Shown piece by piece: positions 35,119 through 47,575 of a stretch of 64,000 nt of DNA (within the stretch, counting starts at the first letter, position 1; each line of letters starts with the position of its first letter). The position numbers and the translations under genes are program-made. The notes beneath the pieces were generated by a model. It saw nothing but the letters and a program-made list of their open reading frames with translations, made no database searches and had not been told where the DNA came from. This stretch comes from Trypanosoma brucei (taxonomy: Eukaryota): the NCBI GenBank assembly GCA_000002445.1, contig CM000207.1, positions 256,001-320,000 on the forward strand, given 5' to 3'.

Positions 35119-38100
35119 TTTTTTTGGAATTTTCTTCGTGCCTTTGAGAGAGTTTCCCCCCACTGGCGCGGCCATCAGCTATCACCGTAGAGCCCTGAGA
35201 TGCTATCGGTCTGGCGACTGTGGCAGAGTCTCCCTTTTTTATTCATCCTAATACACTCTCTCTATAACGTTTTGTTGTAGCTCCGCAGTTGAACGGAATA
35301 CAGCAGATGGGGCGAGAAGCCCCCCACCCCGGACTCTCCAAAAGATGTCAATTAGCAATCCTTTTGTTTTGATTTTTGTTATTCGTTTATTATTCTCTCC
35401 CCCTTTTTATGTTTTTGTTGCTTGTTGACTGCATACCCCCTCTGTCTCTGAGGGTGTCTGGACTATTCCTGCATCCGGTGCTTTTCCTGCTAGCTCCACA
35501 CTCGGCAATAAGGGGGGAAGTTGCAGAAGGGAGAGTGGGTTGTATGACTGTTACCTTAGGTGAGGACTTCACCTGCGGCCGGCTCCGTTCAACCGCAATG
35601 AGAAACTGCGCCAGCCTTTTGGAGAAGCATATATCCTGCACACACTCACCTTCCACCGCAAACCTGACACGTAACTCCTTCAAACCGGGACAGCTCATCG
35701 AGTGCAGCGACGTTTCTTCACAGTCGCCGCGTTGGCTGGTAACAGCGCGCTCTACCTTCATACCGTGCATCTTCTTTTGATGTAGGGTGAGGCCAGTTTT
35801 GCTAGCACACTGCCTTCCGCATGTCGGGCACACCAACATGGATGCATTTGTATGCGGGGAATCAGTGGCACAAAATTTTTTGCTTTTGCTGCATTTAAGC
35901 TCGACACCCTCACCTTTGTGGAAAGCCTTACAGTGTCGGATGAGGGAGTCCCTGCAACTGAGCACTTTTTGGCACACACCACACTGCACCTCGCCTTTCC
36001 CCTGGGGACGTTAACGTTTCCCTCACGGGCACGCTTACGAGGGAATTGCACCACCACCACGGTACCGTCCTCCGTCACTATGCTCTTATGTTTGAATTTC
36101 TTGTCTAGTGACAGGGAAGAGCGTGTACCGAAACTCGCCTCACACAGGTCACATTGAAACGGCAGCTTCCGTGTATCCTGAGGGGCTGGCGCTGCTGGGG
36201 CGCTACCATCTCCTTGCACTGAGTCCTCGTTCTCTCGCTCCCTTTTCACGCGGCAACTACCGCTGCCTATGCCATGTATTGTTCTAAGGTGGTGTAATAG
36301 TCGGCCTGGCACTGCGAATTTGGAGGCACAGAGGGTACAATGAAGAACCTGCGGTCTCATCGGGACTCGTGTGTTCGATGGTAGAGGAACGATCACCACC
36401 ACTGGAGGGGGCTCCGGGGGGATATCCACTGCAGGTGTTGCATCGCCGTATTTGATCCTCCGGAGGGCATCAGCTCGCACAAAGCCATGTTTGTTTACCA
36501 TGCGCGTTACAGCACTCGAGCGGCATTGGTATATGGCATCACATTCCGTACATTTGGTCGGTTCGGAGGTTCTCTGAAGAGTGCGTGTCGCAACAGTTGG
36601 GACCGTTTGTATTGTTTGCCCTATCTCTGCATGTTGCGGGTTGCACCATCGGCACTGTGGGAGCGCACTCGGGTTGATCTTTCACAACATCCATCCATAG
36701 TGCCTTGAAGACCCAACCCGAAAGCGTGCCAGTGCCGTTTCTTCTTCCATCGTTAATTATTCCTTATGTTTTGTTGTAAAGTGGTTGCCCGTGATACCAA
36801 ACCTATGAGTGTTCTCATGGACTTCTTCCGACCTAAGCACTCGCTTCGCATAAGCAATGATGTCGGGGATCCATGTGTCTCGCAACTGTGGTAAATCAGC
36901 GGCCTTTTTGGCCATTTCATCACAAACCTCATTCCGTTTCACGCCACAATGGCCAAACACAAATTGCAGTCGGATACGTATCTTCCTTCTCTGAACTTGA
37001 AGCAGAAGCCTCCATAGTCGTCTCAGAATTGGGTCCGTTACGGCTAGGGGGCCTGTCTGCAGTGCTGTTAACATTGACAGCGAGTCAGAGAAGATGGACA
37101 ACCTGCTCTGTGTGCTTCTGTATGCCGGAAGCCATTTCAGCAGCCGTTGCAGTCCTATCTCTAATGCTACGCATTCCGCTCTGTAACTGCATGAGAGTTC
37201 CTCTGCTCCGGTCTTGGGTGCACAAATCAGCGTGTTGTTTCTATAGAGCAGGGCAGCTGCTCCGGACTTCTCACCGAGGGACACGGATCCATCAGTCCAC
37301 AATTCGTAGTGCTCTCGCCGCGGTGGCTCCTTCCCCCTCCGTGCAAAATGCCGTGCAATCCACTTTTCGGAAGCCTCCCTTTTGACATCATCAGGGTCAT
37401 CAGCGCATACGGGCTTTATCTGCGTGTGAAATAGCGGTCGGCAGCTGTGGCGGAGCGTCGATGTCTCTAGTGGGTGCTCGCGTGGCTCAATGTGGAGGTG
37501 GGGATAGGACCACATGATGCGGGATTGTAGGGCTCTGACCGTATGTTTACTGTGGTATACTTCCTCAGCACTGCGGCGCAAACATCCGCCTCGTGACTCA
37601 CACATCAGCATGAATTTCATGCTGCGCACAAGAGTGGCCGTCTTGAGTAGCAGGAGGTTTGCTTCCAGCACAGAGTTCTCTTTGCGCGTCCCATGCGGTA
37701 TGCCGGCTATGATGCGACTGGCTTTGTGTTGTGCTGATGCAAGGAGGTCGCGACTTCGTTCCGAAGCGTCCCAGTACCATACCTCAATACCATACATGGT
37801 GTGTGCCTGTACGAGTGCTAGATAAAAAGCTCTCAGTACTTGTTGTCTTGGCCCCCATGTAGAAGCTGAGATGGCTACTATCTGCAGTAGTCTGAAGTCC
37901 ATCTTGCGTCTCGTTTCGGTCGCATGTGTTGCCATCCCCTGCAGACACTGGAATGTTACTCCTAGAAGCTTCGGTGTCCTGTCAGCTCCTATTCTTTCGC
38001 CGTCCAGTTGTAATGTAAGGGGGTGGCGCTCTGTACACCCGAAGAGTGTGCACTTTGTTTTCGCTACGTTGACAGACATGAAGTACTCTTTTGACCACTG

Positions 38101-40373
38101 TAACACCACGTTTAGGCCGCATTACAGCGTGTGGTTGATGACATCCCTCTCTGTGTGCCTCGCAAGTAGCGTTAGGTCGTCTGCAAAGAATCCGTGCTGC
38201 AGTAACGGCACTTCTGCAAGGCGTTGGCTCAACGAGTTCATGACAATAATGAACATGATTGGGCCAAGGACAGTTCCTTGTGGCACTCCTCGCTCAAATG
38301 TTCTGCTTCTGGAAAGCTTCTCCTTGAATCTCACTCTGCCAGTTCGGTTACTCAGAAATGATACGCACCACTTCACAATGTGGGGTGATACCTTCATTCT
38401 GTGCATTTCCCTCGCAATTTTGTCGTGGTCTACTGTATAAAATGTCTTCTCGTAGTCAACGAATACAGCACCCGTACGATATTGGTGCGTGGGACGGCAG
38501 AGGGCAGCACGGACGTGCAGGAGTTGTTCGAGCGTTGAGCATCCGGGGCGAAAGCCTGATTGCTGCGGCGTCAGCTGGGACTCAACAGTGTCTCTAAGCC
38601 TCGCGGCAATTATGCGCTCCATGACTTTGCAGAGACAGCTCGTGAGCGTCACAGCTCTGTAAGAATCGAGGTCCTCCGCCTTTTTTCCGGCCTTCAGGAT
38701 GGGGATGATAACACCAGTCTTCCATGCAGGCGGCACGACTCCCGTTCGTAGGCTCTTATTGAATAGCTTCAGCAAAACATTCAGCGCTGTTCTACCGAGA
38801 TGTTGCAGTGCCTCGTTGTATAAGCAATCAGGTCCGGCTGCGGATCCACTCGGTAGCAGTTTGATCGATCTCCTTAGTTCAGCCATCGTGATGGGACTGA
38901 ACTCACTCGCTATCGTCTTTACTGGTGCTGGTGGGTGTGAGTCGGGGTGCCTTCTTGCGCGGGACGATTACAGCTTACTGAACTTCTCAGCTTGACGGCA
39001 GTCCGTGATGGTCGCGTTATCGACAAGTACAGCCGGTGTGGTTAGTGGTCGTGGCGCATATACTTTCTTGACAATGTGCCAACTGCAGCGGTCTGACACC
39101 GCAAGTCTGGAGCATAGCGTGCTCCATCTCTTCTTTGTGGTACGGTCCAGGATCTGCTTACGCGTGGCTACCAACTTTTCCCTTCGGTGGGAGGGTCCGC
39201 ATCCAGCGATCTCTTCATCGAGTTTCGCGAGCTCAGGTGTCCAATGTGGTGGCGTTGCTCTGCAGCCACGGGGGACGGAGACCTTCGTCGCAACGCGGAT
39301 TTCGGAGCTCAATTTCTGTTCCAGGGTGTTGACATTCTTCTCTCTACCAATTTTCCTACAGAGGTCGTCAACCTTGAGACGGAAATTCCTCCAGTCAGCT
39401 TTCAGCCATACGTACATGGGCTTTCGAGGCCGCGGGCAACTCAGTGCATCTGTGCCGTCTCCAACGATAACGTCAAAAAATATGTGATGGTGATCGCTAT
39501 CGGGAGAATACAGCGATGTCCACGTGTACACTGTGCAATTCCTTGACAGTGTCACATCAGGGGTGGACTCCCCGTGGTGGCGCGCGTACCTGGTGCACTC
39601 ACCAGTGTTGCAGACCAGAAACTGGTTGTCAATGCACCACTGTGTGAGGGTTTCACCCTTGGTATTTGGTGGGCTCGCGCGATCCCATGCCAACGCGTGT
39701 GCGTTAGCGTCTGCACCGATGAGCTGGGCACCGTCAGTCATCAGAAGCGTATCTAGGTCAGTTGCCGTGAAGGTGTGTTTTGGTGGGATGTATGCCGACG
39801 TGACAGTCAGCGCCGTTTCACTTGCAAGGTGAATTGTTGCATGCACTTGTTCAATGCGACTAACAACGGTCATACCGCTCTCGACTGGTAGGTCCTCCCT
39901 CACTAGTATTGATACACCACCTCCTTTGCAGTTACGAGCTATTCCGTGATGTTGGTAGCCAGCAACGCTAAAGCAAACCGCCTCTCCAGGCGTCATCCTT
40001 GTCTCGCTCAACGGACAAAAGGCGATCCGCTCATCAACAAGGGTTTTGTGGAGTGCTAATCTCTTTCCTTGAGATAGCCCGGCGCAGTTCCACTGTATCC
40101 CGCGCAACGACGGGCCGGGATTCTCTTCCACATCACCGGACAGCAACATCTTAGTGCGGATGATACTGCTGATGACACACTGGCACGTGCCCAGGGACCG
40201 ACAAATGAAGAACGGTGTCCCAGCAAGACGCTGCTGATCCCTGTGCTGTATGATGCCGTAGCCGGAGCACAGCAGTGTTCCCCATGAAAGGAACGCTTCT
40301 GACTCTTGGCTTACCCCGATGATACGGGGTACTGGACCCTGGCACCACGTTGAGGTGGCCGGCATCGCCAGGG
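35119..40373 (-). mobile_element. ingi: ingi non-LTR (LINE-like) retrotransposon, full-length-sized (5255 bp) but degenerate, with its ORF broken into at least five pieces
   Basis: Minus-strand ORF remnants: 38968-40413 (RIME/ingi 5' region ...EAFLSWGTLLCSGYGIIQHRDQQRLAGTPFFICRSLGTCQCV..., 2A-like DVEENPGP, APE-type endonuclease WNCAGL...); 38122-38886 (RT: FRPGCST...FVDYEKTFYTVDHD...FFADDLTL); 36757-38109 (RT thumb and RNase H: LWTDGSVSLGEKSGAAALL); 35758-36501 and 35390-35989 (C2H2 zinc fingers CTLCASKFAVPGRLLHHLRTIHG, CDLCEASF...KFKHK, CGVCQKVL...HCKAFH). Poly-T run at 35119-35125. Flanked by a perfect 12-bp TSD. Confidence 0.9.
40112..40135 (-). other. 2A-like 'ribosome-skipping' peptide motif (SGDVEENPGP) near the ingi N-terminus
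   Basis: The reverse complement of cgggccgggattctcttccacatcaccgga encodes S-G-D-V-E-E-N-P-G-P within ORF 38968-40413(-). Confidence 0.8.
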
Positions 40374-40385
40374 TGTTATTTTGAT
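40374..40385. repeat. 12-bp target-site duplication (5' side of the minus-strand ingi)
   Basis: tgttattttgat, identical to 35107-35118. Confidence 0.85.
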
Positions 40386-40535
40386 GAAAACAAAACGCCA
40401 AAATGTTTTCCAAAAGAGAGCAAAGAAGACAAGAAAAATGGGCATAATGGGAAAACGTAAACTAAAAACACCACAGGAAACACTTCTTTTGTCATTCATA
40501 TGACCCCTCTTTTGCTTGCGCTTTTGATTCTATAA
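40386..40535 (+). pseudogene. VSG: VSG10 3' part (CTD end and GPI signal) resuming after the ingi and TSD
   Basis: Continues in frame from CYFD|ENKTPKCFPKESKEDKKNGHNGKT* with the GPI tail NTTGNTSFVIHMTPLLLALLIL* in the +1 frame. 16-mer-like tttgtgatattttaaagttg at ~40593. Confidence 0.75.
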
Positions 40536-40754
40536 TTTAAATTCTAAATTATTTTTTCCAATTTTCTCAAATTTTATATTTTGAGAGAATTGCTATATTT
40601 GTGATATTTTAAAGTTGTTGATGAAAATGTGCAAATTCGTTTAATTTTTTTAAAAATGCGACATGTGTGCATGATAGCTATCTATCGGTGTAAAGTACTA
40701 TGGTGACAGGTTATGGAAAATTAGTGCTTTTCTACTTTGTTTATATAGTTTATT

Positions 40755-40845
40755 TTATGGATATTAGTCAGGATTATAATAGTAAGGATACGGATAGAAA
40801 AGTGTTGTGAGTGCGTATGTACAAATAATATAGTAATATAGTTGG
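40755..40845 (+). repeat. 70-bp repeat (about 1 unit)
   Basis: ggatattagtcaggattataatagtaaggatacggatagaaaagtgttgtgagtgcgtatgtacaaataatatagtaatatag. Confidence 0.8.
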
Positions 40846-42346
40846 TGAAGCCTTAGTAAACGACCAAAAAGTGACTAAACTAATAACAATGAGAATATTT
40901 GAGAGTACTGGACAGTGATTAATGAGTAGAAAAAAAATATTATAAAGGAAAAACAGAAAGACAAAGAGGTGTAAAAATAGAGATGGCATAAGCGTATTTT
41001 TAAACGAAAACATGACGATGTGTATTATTATGGTATAACTGAAATACGAAACAGTGGAGCAGCTAATGAAAGACGAATAATTCGTTAAATATGTGTTTTT
41101 AAGTTAATCCAGTCATCTGAGAGAGACAATCGAGAAGCATGCAATTGCACAAAAACCTTGCAAAACAAAAACAACACCAAATTTGCAAAATGTGGAAGGA
41201 AACATATGAATGCGGCTAAACACCAAAATAAAAGCGCTTTTGTATAAAAAAAATGCAACAGCAGTGAGATTTAATGGTGACCAGGTAAAGGAAAATTGAA
41301 AAAGTTATTAGACAGAATAAAGCTTTTCATTGTTTCCTAGACTGACAGAATGTGAAGATGCGAAAATTCAGCTCAAATTGAAAATTTAGTGTGTTATAAA
41401 AGACATAGCTTAAAGCATGAAAATTGCTTTTATGTTAAAAGATAAAAACCGCTAGTAAATACTCACTTCAAATAAACACTTCGTCCCCTTAAACATTTTT
41501 GTACAGTTAAGCCTAGAAGACAGCAAAAAGGACGACAATGAAATTGGGCTTACACAAGCAGAAAGATTGCACGTGAACAACAATCGCCGTATTGAAACAG
41601 TTTTACGTACTACCACAAAAACAATTCAGTAACAAAACATCACGGAAACAATCTGGACACCAGCGAACCAGCAATATACGAGGCAAAGTTAAAACCCAAA
41701 CTTACGATGGTGTCTGGGACAATTCACGAACTCGCTAAGAACCAAAAGCAAACAACTCTAAAACCGAAGAGGAGAGTCGTTTTTACACATAAATAGGTAA
41801 TATCTGCAGCGGCAATTAGTAGTTGAGCTTTGCACAGAGACATAATGCGAACATACTGTTGAGTAGAAATAACCATGGGTTCAACCAAAGCATCAGAGAA
41901 CCTGTATGCGCTATTTTCAAGCGGAAGGTATCGTCCAATTTAAATTTAGCAGCAAACAGAAGCATCGGGTGACTACAGCGGGCAGACTCATAGCTATTAC
42001 AAGTCTGTAAATGTTATAACCCACTTTGAGCCCTCTTTTGTGTGACATAATACTATAAGAGAGCAAAGGTTCAATTCAACCTCAATACAACTGTGTAAGC
42101 AGACATCAACAGTAGGTTCACAGACTCTGAACAAAGCACCACCGTGAACGTAGATGGCAACGATCCTCGCCATATATATTCTCTTCTTTGCACAAATAAC
42201 CTCTCTCAGTTTTCAATACCACCGATGCTACCATACCAAAAAATACTATCGAAATACATTTGCTAACGCTAATACAACATGAAAAGCAACCCTACTTACT
42301 ATTCCAGATCCAACTGAGCCAGCTAAGGGAAGCTAGAAGTGAGAAA

Positions 42347-43927
42347 ATGCGGTATTCAGCACTGCACAGTTGCCTCTGGGCCATGTTTCTCTTACTTTTC
42401 CATGAACTAAATGTGGACGCGACTTCAAAAGGCGCGATAAATGGCGACAAGTGAAAACCGCTGTGCACACTAACCAAGGACGCAGTCAAAGTGTATAACC
42501 GTGCACTCAAGCTCCAAAAATTAATTAGGGACTACACCAAAGCGGCCAGCAAGCTGACTGTAGCAGCAATCGCTGCAGCGGAGAAGCTGCAAAGCACAGA
42601 CGCCACCGCGGCAACAATAGGACTTGTGGCTGAGATAAGAGAGCAGCTGAAAGCAAACAACCAAAAGTCGGAAGGTTCTACAAAGTGGCCGTAGAAACAC
42701 CGGCCTTCATGGGCTACACGCACGGACTGATAGCCGAATTCTTAGAAATAATGGGCCACAACAGAGGAGCATCGAACTACGGGTGCCTAGCAAAACTAAG
42801 CTCCCCGAATTCGCCGGCCACCGAAGCAGCAGCAGCACTATTATCGACCTGCAAAATCAAGCCGGATGACATAACAGCAGGAAGCGAACCGACGGCAGTG
42901 CTGACCAAAGCAGGTTTTGTCGGTATGGACGAAGGCACAGGCCTCGTCGCCGGTGTTCTCACGACCGGCGGCAACGAACACTGTGACCTAACGTCAGCCA
43001 CAGCAAGTGCCTTAAACTCAGACACAGGAATACAAGAAGATATTCCGTTCGCAGACGGCTATTTCCTAAAAGGGCCAACCAACACTGCTCAAACAAGTCA
43101 CCCCATAAATTCGCTGTCAAAACAAAGGGAGGAACTCCCAAACAAGGGCCAAAATCAACAATATGTGAGGCTGTGTGACAAGTACGTCCAACTGGAGAAA
43201 TGTGAAGCGGCTTTCAAAGAGGGGTTTTCGAGACCCGAAGCAGAGACACTCAAACAGTCAGGAGCAGTATTAACAGCCCTGAAAAACATAATCGACAACA
43301 AAAGCGGCGAATATGACCCGAGTAAAGACGGCGGCCAGATCAAGACCATGGCTGAGAAATTGTTCAAACCCGGCGTGGACAACTACCCAGAAAAGCTATA
43401 CAAGGAAGTACAAGCAAAGACGTTGACAAAAATACTGATGGCGGGCAACACAGCAACGAGCCTGGCGGAACTGGAAACCCCAATAGACCTGCAAATCGCA
43501 CAAATATACTATATACAACGCAAGATCGATGGTTTTACCGCAAAAACTAAAGGAAGCTGAGAAACAGCTTTCCAAGGCTAAACTGGGTGATTATGGAGCA
43601 GCCGCAGCAGAAGATGCCTGCAATAAACTAGATGGCGAACAAAAATGCAGTTACGAAACGGCAAGTGATGGGACTAAAAAGTGTACATATAATGCAAGCA
43701 AAGCAAAAGCAAACAACGTCCCTGTAGCACGAACTCAAACAGAATCGGCTGAAAAAACAACAAAGAAATGTAAAGGTAATAAAATGGATGACTGCAAGTA
43801 TCCGGATTGTAATTAGGAAGGTAAAACTTGCAAAGACTCTAGTTTTCTCTTCAATACGAAAACGACTCTGATGGCTGCAACTTTTCTGTTTTTTTTTAAA
43901 TTTTTTCACCCTCTATTTCCTTGCTGA
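42347..43927 (+). pseudogene. VSG: VSG pseudogene (VSG11) spread over at least four frames
   Basis: Signal peptide MRYSALHSCLWAMFLLLFHELNVDATSKG (42347); ORFs 42491-42694 and 42685-43560 (291 aa N-terminal-domain-like); 43529-43816 (CTD: CNKLDGEQKCSYETASDGTKKCTYNASKAKANNVPV...KKCKGNKMDDCKYPDCN*); then EGKTCKDSSFLFNTKTTLMAATFLFFF... GPI tail. 16-mer aatttaatatattttaacaac at ~43926. Confidence 0.8.
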
Positions 43928-43949
43928 AATTTAATATATTTTAACAACT

Positions 43950-44620
43950 GAAAGTTTCCCGGAAATAGTGTAGTTTTGTAAGTTTGTGATTCTGCAAAGT
44001 TTTTATGATAGCTAAAAAAATTTCTCTATTTTTCACATTTTTTAGAATTTTTTCAGGGTTATGATTTTTTAGAATTTATAGGGTTAGGTTTTTTCAAGGG
44101 CTTTTTAATTTTCGACTTTGTTTAATTTTGTGTCTTTTGGAGCATTTTTTATTTTTTCCTTCGTTTTTTCGGTTTTTTATTTTTGTCCAACTTTTTTAAA
44201 TCTTTTTTTTAATTTTAGGAGAAACAAAACCGATCAACAAGCTGAAAAGAGACTAAACAGAGTTGAAGTTAGGGTTAGTGTTAGGGTTATTGGATTGAGG
44301 TTGTTAATTTTTTGATTGTTTTTTATTTCACTTCTTTTTATTTTTTATTTTTTCTAATTCTTCAATTTTTAAAATTTTATTGATGCAGCGGCTCTTTTTC
44401 TTGATGCGGGATATGACCCTTATTTACCCAGCAAGCATCTTCATTCTTATATTTTTCACCTGCGCCATCTACCTAATTTGTTACTTTTTTGCTTTTGTGC
44501 ATTTTAGCTCGGCATGTAGCGCTGCACGCGGCTTTTTTGTTAACAGTGGCGCGTGGCAGTTTCGCTTCGAGAAACGATTTGCTTTTAAAGAGACGATAAC
44601 AAAAAAATCTTAATATTTGG
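43950..44620. repeat. Telomere-derived T-rich block (copy 3 of the module): degenerate TTAGGG at ~44080-44100 and 44265-44310, GATGCAGCGGC motif at ~44383, and a conserved ~110-bp box at 44510-44620
   Basis: gggttaggttttttc; agttagggttagtgttagggttattggattgagg; attgatgcagcggctctttttcttgatgcgggatatgaccc; box gctgcacgcggcttttttgttaacagtggcgcgtggcagtttcgcttcgagaaacgatttgcttttaaagagacgataacaaaaaaatcttaatatttggaaatggcaaaatatgg. Confidence 0.7.
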
Positions 44621-45227
44621 AAATGGCAAAATATGGAGTTCGGCAGCTAAAGCCAGTCGACGTAGCAGCCTGTACCGGTCGTTGCGCGGCACAGCAACAT
44701 AGCCAAAGTAAGCGGATGAGGCGAGCAGTTAACTGCAGTGTCATCAGGCCACTGCGTGCACATCACCATGCCCCAACAGATCCGGCGGCGACAGTCAAAG
44801 ATCTTAATGCATGGCCCCAAAATCACTAAGTGCATAAATCTACCGCAAAAGCAAAGCAACAAGCCAACAGTAGAGGGACAGAAAAAATGCAAACCACAAA
44901 ACGCAACAGCTGAAGAATACACAAGCGAGGACTGCGAATATGATGCCGCCAAAAACACAGGAATGTAAACCTAAACAAGGAACAGAAACCCCAGCAACAG
45001 GAACAGGAGAGACAAGTTCTGGGGTAGATTGCAGCAAAAACCAAACCCAGAAAACCTGTGAAGCGAAAAACAAGGATGTAAAACCGGGTCAGAAAGCAGT
45101 ATGTGGATGGATAGATTATGTTGACGGCACAGGCAAGCTTCCCAAACCTGAGTGTCGCTCTTTCAGTTTCCTCATCAATAAGAAATTTTCTCTGACGGCA
45201 GATGCTTTCGTGGCTTTGTTAGAATGA
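44620..45227 (+). pseudogene. VSG: Orphan VSG C-terminal-domain fragment with a conserved leader (paralogue of 51300-51904)
   Basis: Frames give ...EGQKKCKPQNATAEEYTSEDCEYDAAKNTGM* and ...ECKPKQGTETPATGTGETSSGVDCSKNQTQKTCEAKNKDVKPGQKAVCGWIDYVDGTGKLPKPECRSFSFLINKKFSLTADAFVALLE*. The 5' ~250 bp is homologous to 51300-51560. 16-mer tgtgacatattttaacacc at ~45318. Confidence 0.7.
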
Positions 45228-45519
45228 TGAGAGTTTAAGCACTCTAAGAATTATTTCTCAATTTTTTGAAATATTGCTATTTAGAAACAATTTACTATAA
45301 TTAATAAATTTGCCACTATGTGACATATTTTAACACCATTTAGAAGAAAAAAGAAATTTAATGAAATTTAAGGGCTAGAAAATGTAAAAAATGTTTTTAT
45401 GAAAGTGTCATGCTGTTGTTAAGCAGTAGGATATTAGGGTATTAAAAAATAGTGACATTTTAACATGCTTTGTTTTGTTTTCTAATTATGGACATCAAGT
45501 AGGTTTATAATAAAATCAA

Positions 45520-45698
45520 TAGTTAAGAACATTATAATGATAATAATATAAGTGATATTGATAGCGGAGTGTTGTGAGTGTGTATATACTAATATTATAA
45601 TAAGAGCAGTAATAATAATAATAATGATACTAATAATAGAAGAGTGTTGTGAGTGTGTATATACGAATATTATAATAAGAGCAGTAAAAATAATAATA

Positions 45699-45729
<31 letters not shown>

Positions 45730-45875
45730 TAATAATAGGAGAGTGTTGTGAGTGTGTGTATATGCGAATATTATAATAAGAGCAGTAAAAATAATAATAA
45801 TAATGATAATAATAATAATAGAAGAGTGTTGTGAGTGTGTGTATATGCGAATATTATAATGAGAGTGCTGCGGTC
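45520..45875 (+). repeat. Large 70-bp repeat array (about 5 units)
   Basis: Five successive ...gagtgttgtgagtgtgtatatac(t/g)aatattataataagagcagtaa(t/a)aataataataat(gat)... units are readable at 45545-45870. Confidence 0.9.
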
Positions 45876-46619
45876 ACAATTAAACTTTAAAATAGGTGTA
45901 CTTAAAATAATTGAAACTGATCAATGGGAATAAGTAGGTATGCGAGAAAAGGAAGGAAAAAGGAAAGGAGACAAAATGTGCTCAGATTCAAACGACAGTA
46001 TGACGATGGTCATTATTATACACAAAGATATGATAGAGGGGATGATGAGGTAGAAACAATGTGCAGGCCTAATAGAGTTAGAGCGTCACTCGCCCCACCA
46101 CCATCACAGAAATTTGTGATATATAAGTATTAAAAAAAAGATTGGATTTCACATCTCACTATATACTGGATATATTCTTTGCGGAGATGATTGCAGTAGC
46201 AGCAGTAGCAGTAGTTCCAAACGCTACGCTGATGGGAGTCTTATGATGGAAACCGCGTAATTGGAATAGCTAGCACACGGAGCTGGTAAAATTCCTAGCA
46301 TATCTGAACTAAACAGTGACAAAAGATACTTCCATTAAAATAACTATGCGTATAGGTGAAATTTAAGAAATGCAATAAAGGAGTAGAACTCCTCTAGAGC
46401 TCTCGGCACCAGCTGTTGCTAAAACTGAATTATAAAACAAAAACCTGTAGATACACGTTTAAAGAGAAGCTGCACACACTAAGAATACATTTTTCATCAG
46501 ATACATCATAACAATATCAAGTCAATACCTATGTATATAAAACTGTTTCTTAACTAAGCAGCTTAGTAGTACATCTGGCTTATCTTTCATGAGTTTTCTA
46601 CATTTTTTTCTAATAACAG

Positions 46620-47575
46620 CCTAAAATTATAAAGGTATATTAGGCAATAAAGTTTCGTATGTTGAGAAACTTAACTTTACTGTTTCTATCACATTTAGTG
46701 TGTGTATGCTCTGTATCTATTCAATACAATGAAGTAAATTACATAACAAATATAACAGATAATAATACTAAGAAACCAAGAGCATTTGTGGTTGTGGTTC
46801 AAACTCATGCAACACAAGGATAGTGTAGCCTAACATTGAGAGCCAAACTAAAGCATGTTGAAATTATTAAAATTGTGATAGGAGGTTTGTATAGCCATGT
46901 TAAGAGGCCTAGATGGGTTATGCAATATTTAGAAAATCAGAATTCAAGTGATGAGGATATTGTAATTCATTTGGATGGATCTGATGTTATAGTTAGTGAT
47001 AGAAATAAGTATGAGAGTGCTGTGGAATATTTTATACAAAAAAGTGAATAAACTGTGGAAAAATTCAGTGAGGAGGTTATTTTCAAGGAGAAGCATATTT
47101 CCCCTATTATATTCATGACAACATCCGAGTGTTATCCGCCTAAGTTGGATTTGTTTATGAACTCAGATCACAAGGAGCATGTACAGAGATGTTATTGGTT
47201 TTTTAATGTGGGCTACAGAAAAGAGGAGGATAAGAAGCTACAGCATCTACTAATATAACCTGCAAGTGGAAAATATTGCCTTAGTGGTGGTTTGATAGCC
47301 AGAGTTTGGGCATTTAAAAAATTTGAATATGCTTTTGGAGAGTTACTAAAGGGAAGTGAGGAGTGGTGGTCATACAAGAGTATTTCAAAGCCTCTGCTAA
47401 TATGGAGTGCTACACAAGAAAAGCTGTTGGACAGAGATTTGTTTTGAAGAGAGGAATGATTGGATTGGATTATGAAGAGAGATTCTTTACTATTCCAAAT
47501 AGTGGTGAGATTTTGAATGCACCATTTATTCATTCACTTACCTGGGCAAGCAATTTCGTAGAAAGAAAAGAATGA
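46620..47575 (+). pseudogene. Glycosyltransferase-like (Fringe/GT31-type motifs) ESAG-like pseudogene, copy B (paralogue of 9990-10946)
   Basis: ...PRAFVVVVQTHATQG*...RAKLKHVEIIKIVIGGLYSHV...NSSDEDIVIHLDGSDVIVSD (beta-strand + DxD), CLSGGLIARVWAF (GGxG..R-like), IGLDYEERFFTIPNSGEILNAPFIHSLTWASNFVERKE. Interrupted by stops; nucleotide homology to copy A extends into the 5' flank. Confidence 0.5.

Noticed and set aside
36757-40413. Large minus-strand ORFs (450 aa, 481 aa, 254 aa) as independent host genes (reverse transcriptase / endonuclease)
   Set aside because: They are consecutive frameshifted pieces of one ingi ORF bounded by the TSD. They are reported as a mobile element, not as separate CDSs.
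44617-44829. ORF MEMAKYGVRQLKPVDVAACTGRCAAQQHSQSKRMRR... conserved between two copies (also at 51314), possibly a small conserved protein
   Set aside because: Conservation is at nucleotide level across the whole ~350-bp leader of the CTD-fragment module, including non-coding parts. The two copies do not maintain the reading frame (MALGS...SRSWRGTAP in the other), so it is treated as a conserved non-coding leader rather than a CDS.
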